From: Acidilobaceae archaeon
GTDB taxonomy: Archaea; Thermoproteota; Thermoprotei_A; Sulfolobales; Acidilobaceae
DNA length: 64,000 bases
Assembly (NCBI GenBank): GCA_038824665.1
Contig: JAWBBK010000001.1
Location: 288,001-352,000, forward strand
Direction of reading: 5' to 3'
In this document: positions 60,226 to 64,000 of the stretch, piece by piece
How the letters are laid out: every line of letters starts with the position of its first letter
Position numbering within the stretch: the stretch's first letter is position 1
Program-made: the position numbers and the translations under genes
Notes under the pieces: generated by a model
What the model was told of the DNA's origin: nothing
Databases searched by the model: none
What the model saw: the letters and a program-made list of their open reading frames with translations, nothing else

Positions 60226-60977
60226 TTGGGCTCAAACCTCCTACTGAAATAAAGAACAGCTACGATCGCGAGAAATACAGCTCCAAACGGTATTAGAGCG
60301 TATTGCCAAAGTTGGGGCTCAGCTCCTCTTGTGTTTTGATACACTATATCGGGGAGGCTAAGAGCTGAGCCGAAGTCTACGAGAAACTCGATGTCTCTAG
60401 CGGTTCCGATGAGTGGTAATACTGCGTTGAGAGCTACAACTATAAAGTATGCTGTGACTCCAGCTATAGCGCTTACAGCTTGACTCTTAACCAATAGAGC
60501 GATAAACAAGAAGAGAGATCCATAGAATAACGCTTGAATCAGAAAAGCCAGGTAGAACAGAGCTATTCTCTTCAACTCGTCTAACATAGTCGTCTTTAGA
60601 GTGATCAAAGCCGTTAAGAGAGGGACAAACAGCATTAGAGCTGAAGGCAATAAGACTCTGCTAATTAACAAGACTAAAAACACTCCAGGTCTGGATAAAG
60701 GATAGGACATATATAGACTCATGATGCCGGACTCGGTGAGAGAAGCGACACCTGTGGTGCTTCTAGCTGCGAGGAAGATGACCAGAGCTAGAAGAGTGGG
60801 ATCTAAGACCCCTCTGGAAAACGATGCTGGGTCAGTTACCGGTTGTACAGAGACTATTACTGCTCCAATAGCAGCCACGATCGTTAAAAGTATATCTATT
60901 CCAGGCGGTCTCAAGACCTCGTTAGCGTCTATAAAGAACAGTTCTACAAGACCCCGTAGAAGAGAGCCTTTAGCCAG
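60222..60977 (-). CDS. ABC-2 type permease (probable CTG start at 60977)
   Basis: ESG....MSYPLSR motif and about 6 TM; the frame extends to a CTG overlapping the ATPase end, giving MAKGSLLRGLVELFFIDANEVLR. Confidence 0.82.
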   Translation of the reverse strand: MAKGSLLRGLVELFFIDANEVLRPPGIDILLTIVAAIGAVIVSVQPVTDPASFSRGVLDPTLLALVIFLAARSTTGVASLTESGIMSLYMSYPLSRPGVFLVLLISRVLLPSALMLFVPLLTALITLKTTMLDELKRIALFYLAFLIQALFYGSLFLFIALLVKSQAVSAIAGVTAYFIVVALNAVLPLIGTARDIEFLVDFGSALSLPDIVYQNTRGAEPQLWQYALIPFGAVFLAIVAVLYFSRRFEPK

Positions 60978-61863
60978 CTTTGATCATCTCCTCTATAGAG
61001 ACTCCAGCCAAATCAACGCTAAGGATTGTCAATCCGGACCTAGCGATCGAGGCCAAAGCTTCCAGCAGTTGAGGGTATTCGCTGTAGTCGTTTAACCTAA
61101 CTATCACTGAAAACCCTTCCTGTTCTACTAAAAAGCCCTGATCGGCTAGAGCTGAGGCTAGAGCTTCAGGGTCTGGAGCTCTGACTCTTGCCAATGAGGC
61201 TTTCTTCAAGATCTCGCTAGGAGAACCTGACGCTACAGTCTTGCCTTTGGCTAAAGCCACTATTCTATTGGCTACGTTCACCACCTCGGCTATGATGTGA
61301 CTTGATATGAGAAAAGATATCCCTTTGTCTTTGTTGAGTTCCGCTATTAGTTCTAAAATCCTTCTTCTCTCGAGGGGGTCTAAGTTGCTAGTAGGTTCAT
61401 CGGCTATGATGAAGTTCGGTTCGGCTACGAGAGCGTGAGCTATAGCTGCTCTCTGTTTGAGTCCTGCACTAAGTTCTTCAAAAGTCTTTAGCTCATGCCC
61501 TTCTAGCCCAGCTAGCTTTATCGCTTCTCTAACGGAAGCTCTCGATGAACCATATATTCTAGCTGCTCTCTCTAACAAGTCCGCTATTCTGATGGAGTTT
61601 GGTAACATAGGTCTTTCGAAAACCACGCTAACGCCCTCTCTAGCCCTATAGTCCAAGAAGGGATCACGTCCGTTGAGAAGAACTGTTCCAGAGTCTCTTC
61701 TCAGAAGCCCTAGAGATATCTTTATGAGCGTAGTCTTTCCGGTCCCGTTGGGACCTACGAGCCCTACTATTTCTCTTGTAGACACCTCGAGGCTCGCTCC
61801 TCTTAAAGCCTTTATGTTACCGTAGCTCTTCTCAACGTCTTGAGCTATCAATATCTTAGCCAA
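60970..61863 (-). CDS. ABC transporter ATP-binding protein
   Basis: GPNGTGKTT, LSAG, IIADEPT..LD, SSH. Confidence 0.95.
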   Translation of the reverse strand: MAKILIAQDVEKSYGNIKALRGASLEVSTREIVGLVGPNGTGKTTLIKISLGLLRRDSGTVLLNGRDPFLDYRAREGVSVVFERPMLPNSIRIADLLERAARIYGSSRASVREAIKLAGLEGHELKTFEELSAGLKQRAAIAHALVAEPNFIIADEPTSNLDPLERRRILELIAELNKDKGISFLISSHIIAEVVNVANRIVALAKGKTVASGSPSEILKKASLARVRAPDPEALASALADQGFLVEQEGFSVIVRLNDYSEYPQLLEALASIARSGLTILSVDLAGVSIEEMIKAG

Positions 61864-61985
61864 GCCTGAATCCCATCTCTCTTACGAATTCTGTTAAATA
61901 GCTTTCAGCTAGGTACAGCTTTTAAGGGTTCTCGAAGGCCTAGAGTCCGACAGCTAGAGTTTGTTGGTAGTTGGGGCGAGCCAAT

Positions 61986-62832
61986 ATGAGGAGACTCTAC
62001 GTATCTCTAGATGCAGAGGGTCTACCTGGAGTTTTTCCATCCTTCTCAGCTGAGTCCTGAAGGTAGACTCTTTAGGGAACTTCAAACGCTTATGAGAAAG
62101 TTTGTAGAAGCAATAGCCGAAGAGTCTAGGAACCTTGGATATGATGAGATTTGGGTAGCTGATAGTCACGGATTTATGGGTAACGTAGAGTACGTCGAGT
62201 TACCCGATAACGTCGTTCTCATAAGAGGATTTCCGAGACCTATATCGATGGTTTATGAGGTGGACAAAGGATTTGATGCCGCAGTCTTCATAGGCTATCA
62301 CCCCAAAGCTGGCACGGTTTACAGAGTTCTGGACCATACGTATAGCGGTAGAGTCTTTTCAGACATCAAGATCAATGGGGTCTCTGTCAGCGAGTTCTAT
62401 ATAAACGCTATCGTGGCCGGCTACTACGGCGTTCCTTTAATCTTAGTGGCAGGAGATGACAAGCTGAAGACGGATGTGGAGAGCGTTGCTCCTTGGGTGG
62501 TCTACGTGGTACTTAAAGAAAGCGCGTCTAGATACTCTTCTGTCTCGAAAAGTCTCAACAAAGTGTTAGATGAAATAAGAAAAGGGCTAAGAGAAGCTGA
62601 CAAGAGGTTAAGAGCAGGTGAAGCTAGTCCGCTTAAGATAGAGGGACCTTTTCTTCTAGAACTAACCTTCAGAAGACCGGACTATGCAGAGATCGCTGAA
62701 CTCTTGCCAGGAGCCAAGAGAGTTACCGGCTATACGGTTGCTGTTGAGGTACGAAATCCTATCGAGATGTACAATGTTTTAGACTTATTAGTGCTTGACG
62801 CATTCGGTCTGGACTCTTTGCTTCGAAGCTAG
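61986..62832 (+). CDS. DppA-like D-aminopeptidase (peptidase M55), interrupted by a 1-nt frameshift near codon 17
   Basis: MRRLYVSLDAEGLPGV in one frame; DSHG, IGYH, LDHTY, GDD, KE motifs in the next frame; T5 run at 62032-62036. Confidence 0.88.
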
Positions 62833-62842
62833 AGTTCATTTC

Positions 62843-63565
62843 TCAACACAGCGGCGAGGGCGCTGGCTTTATAGATATGAGTCCATAGGATAGCAGAGTT
62901 GCTGATAGTAGCTTCAGAGCGGAGGTCCATAGAGAGTAGGTAGCACTAAAGTCTTCAGTCAGAACAGCTATAGCTAAGACTACGAGCCCACAAGCAGTTA
63001 TCAGATAGGGAACTCTTTCAGAGCTTGTACCTCGTTTGTAGGCAGAATATAGATAAAGAGCAGTGGCTAGAAGAGTTCCTCCTAATAAGATCGTTAGAGC
63101 TATTGAGGAGGGAAGAGGCTCAGAGAACGCTGCGTTGAATCCGTCAGCGACAATGTTTTCTAATAATACTGTTGTCTTTACGATAGTTATTGCAAAACCT
63201 ATAGTAACGAGTATGAGAATTGCAATAACGACCAGCGATATAGCGAACAAGTCTAAGTGCATGATAATGCTCACGGTTAACGTCGCGGGCACTATATGTT
63301 GAAAGAAATAGGCAGTTTTGAAAATTGCCGAGATCGAGTTCGAGTCCTCACTCGAGCTCCAGCCTCTCAGATAGCCGTAGGCGAAAAGAGCTAAGGCAAT
63401 CGAGTAAAAGCTCATAGCCGCTCCTGCTACAGCTTTACATGCTAATCTTCTAGCACGAGTCTTCAAATACGTTCTGATGAGTTTATCTGATGCAACAAGA
63501 GAAACGATAAGAGCTACAGTGAGTAAGACGACCTCCACATCCAGCACCGAGAGACCAGTATTCAA
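62843..63565 (-). CDS. Hypothetical polytopic membrane protein (about 7 TM)
   Basis: 240 aa, highly hydrophobic ORF. Confidence 0.65.
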   Translation of the reverse strand: MNTGLSVLDVEVVLLTVALIVSLVASDKLIRTYLKTRARRLACKAVAGAAMSFYSIALALFAYGYLRGWSSSEDSNSISAIFKTAYFFQHIVPATLTVSIIMHLDLFAISLVVIAILILVTIGFAITIVKTTVLLENIVADGFNAAFSEPLPSSIALTILLGGTLLATALYLYSAYKRGTSSERVPYLITACGLVVLAIAVLTEDFSATYSLWTSALKLLSATLLSYGLISIKPAPSPLC

Positions 63566-63659
63566 CGTTAAAAGTAAAATAAATATTTCGAGAGATTCTC
63601 GTAGAGCTTAGTTGACGAGAAAGTTAGAACAATTTAAGATAAGAAGAAATAGAGGATGA

Positions 63660-64000
63660 CTAGGAGAGTTCAACTAGCGTTATGTACATCGTGATTAGAG
63701 CTAGCACAGATGAGAGTCCGGTCAGAAGCACTGAGACCGCTAATATCTCGGGCTCTGAAAGAGGCGTTCTAGATAATATCAGAGTGTAGATGCTAACAGC
63801 TCTAGAAGCTCGTTTCACCTTAATTAACCATCCTTCGATCTCAACAGGTCTCTCAAAGCTTCTCCTCTCTCTAAACCCAACGTTAGTTATTTTGAGAAAT
63901 CCGTTGAGTCCGATGGGAAGAGCTAATAGAACAGCTGCTGCCTCAAGTCTTCCCATTATGGCTATAGAAGCGTATGCGGCTCCTAAAGCAAAACTTCCTG
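63660..64000 (-). CDS. MraY/GPT (AglH-like) glycosyl-1-phosphate transferase, C-terminal part
   Basis: Frame open to the window edge: GSFALGAAYASIAIMG...LILSRTPLSEPEIL, resembling the FPGD.GS..LGA and SE...V C-terminal motifs. Confidence 0.65.
   Translation of the reverse strand, partial: GSFALGAAYASIAIMGRLEAAAVLLALPIGLNGFLKITNVGFRERRSFERPVEIEGWLIKVKRASRAVSIYTLILSRTPLSEPEILAVSVLLTGLSSVLALITMYITLVELS

Noticed and set aside
915-63302. Many antisense or nested ORFs in the track (e.g. 4235-4693, 47239-47688, 56181-56591)
   Set aside because: They lie wholly within well-supported genes and have the Ser/Leu/Ala-rich composition of shadow frames.

Overview
A 64 kb piece of a crenarchaeal (Thermoproteota, probably Desulfurococcales/Acidilobales-like) chromosome. 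This is inferred from archaeal tRNAs with encoded CCA, GGAGGTGA Shine-Dalgarno (SD) sites, TATA boxes, frequent TTG/GTG starts, paired PurP and PurF paralogs and a GHMP-type shikimate kinase. The left part holds a candidate surface-filament operon (thread/bundling-pilus-like subunit, degenerate signal-peptidase-like protein, membrane protein, DtxR-family regulator), a candidate C/D-box sRNA, tRNA-Asp, pdxT/pdxS, a PD-(D/E)XK nuclease, an MMPL transporter, tRNA-Val and a PNKP-type HAD phosphatase next to a Clp1 kinase. The middle is a ~34 kb biosynthetic block (thiC, pur, his, aro/tyr, transketolase, purA). The right part holds an 11-subunit complex I-like operon, an ABC exporter, a frameshifted DppA peptidase and a partial GT4/AglH-like gene. 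Main leads: (1) a structured ~140 nt his leader with a His-codon uORF and a mutually exclusive anti-SD hairpin; (2) the first genes of the his and aro operons lack in-frame canonical starts but have out-of-frame starts followed by cognate amino-acid codons; (3) several CTG/ACG starts; (4) both PurF copies lack the glutaminase Cys and hisH is missing from the operon; (5) altered NuoL/NuoN. All calls come from reading the sequence and recalled motifs; no searches were run, and single-base indel observations could be assembly errors.
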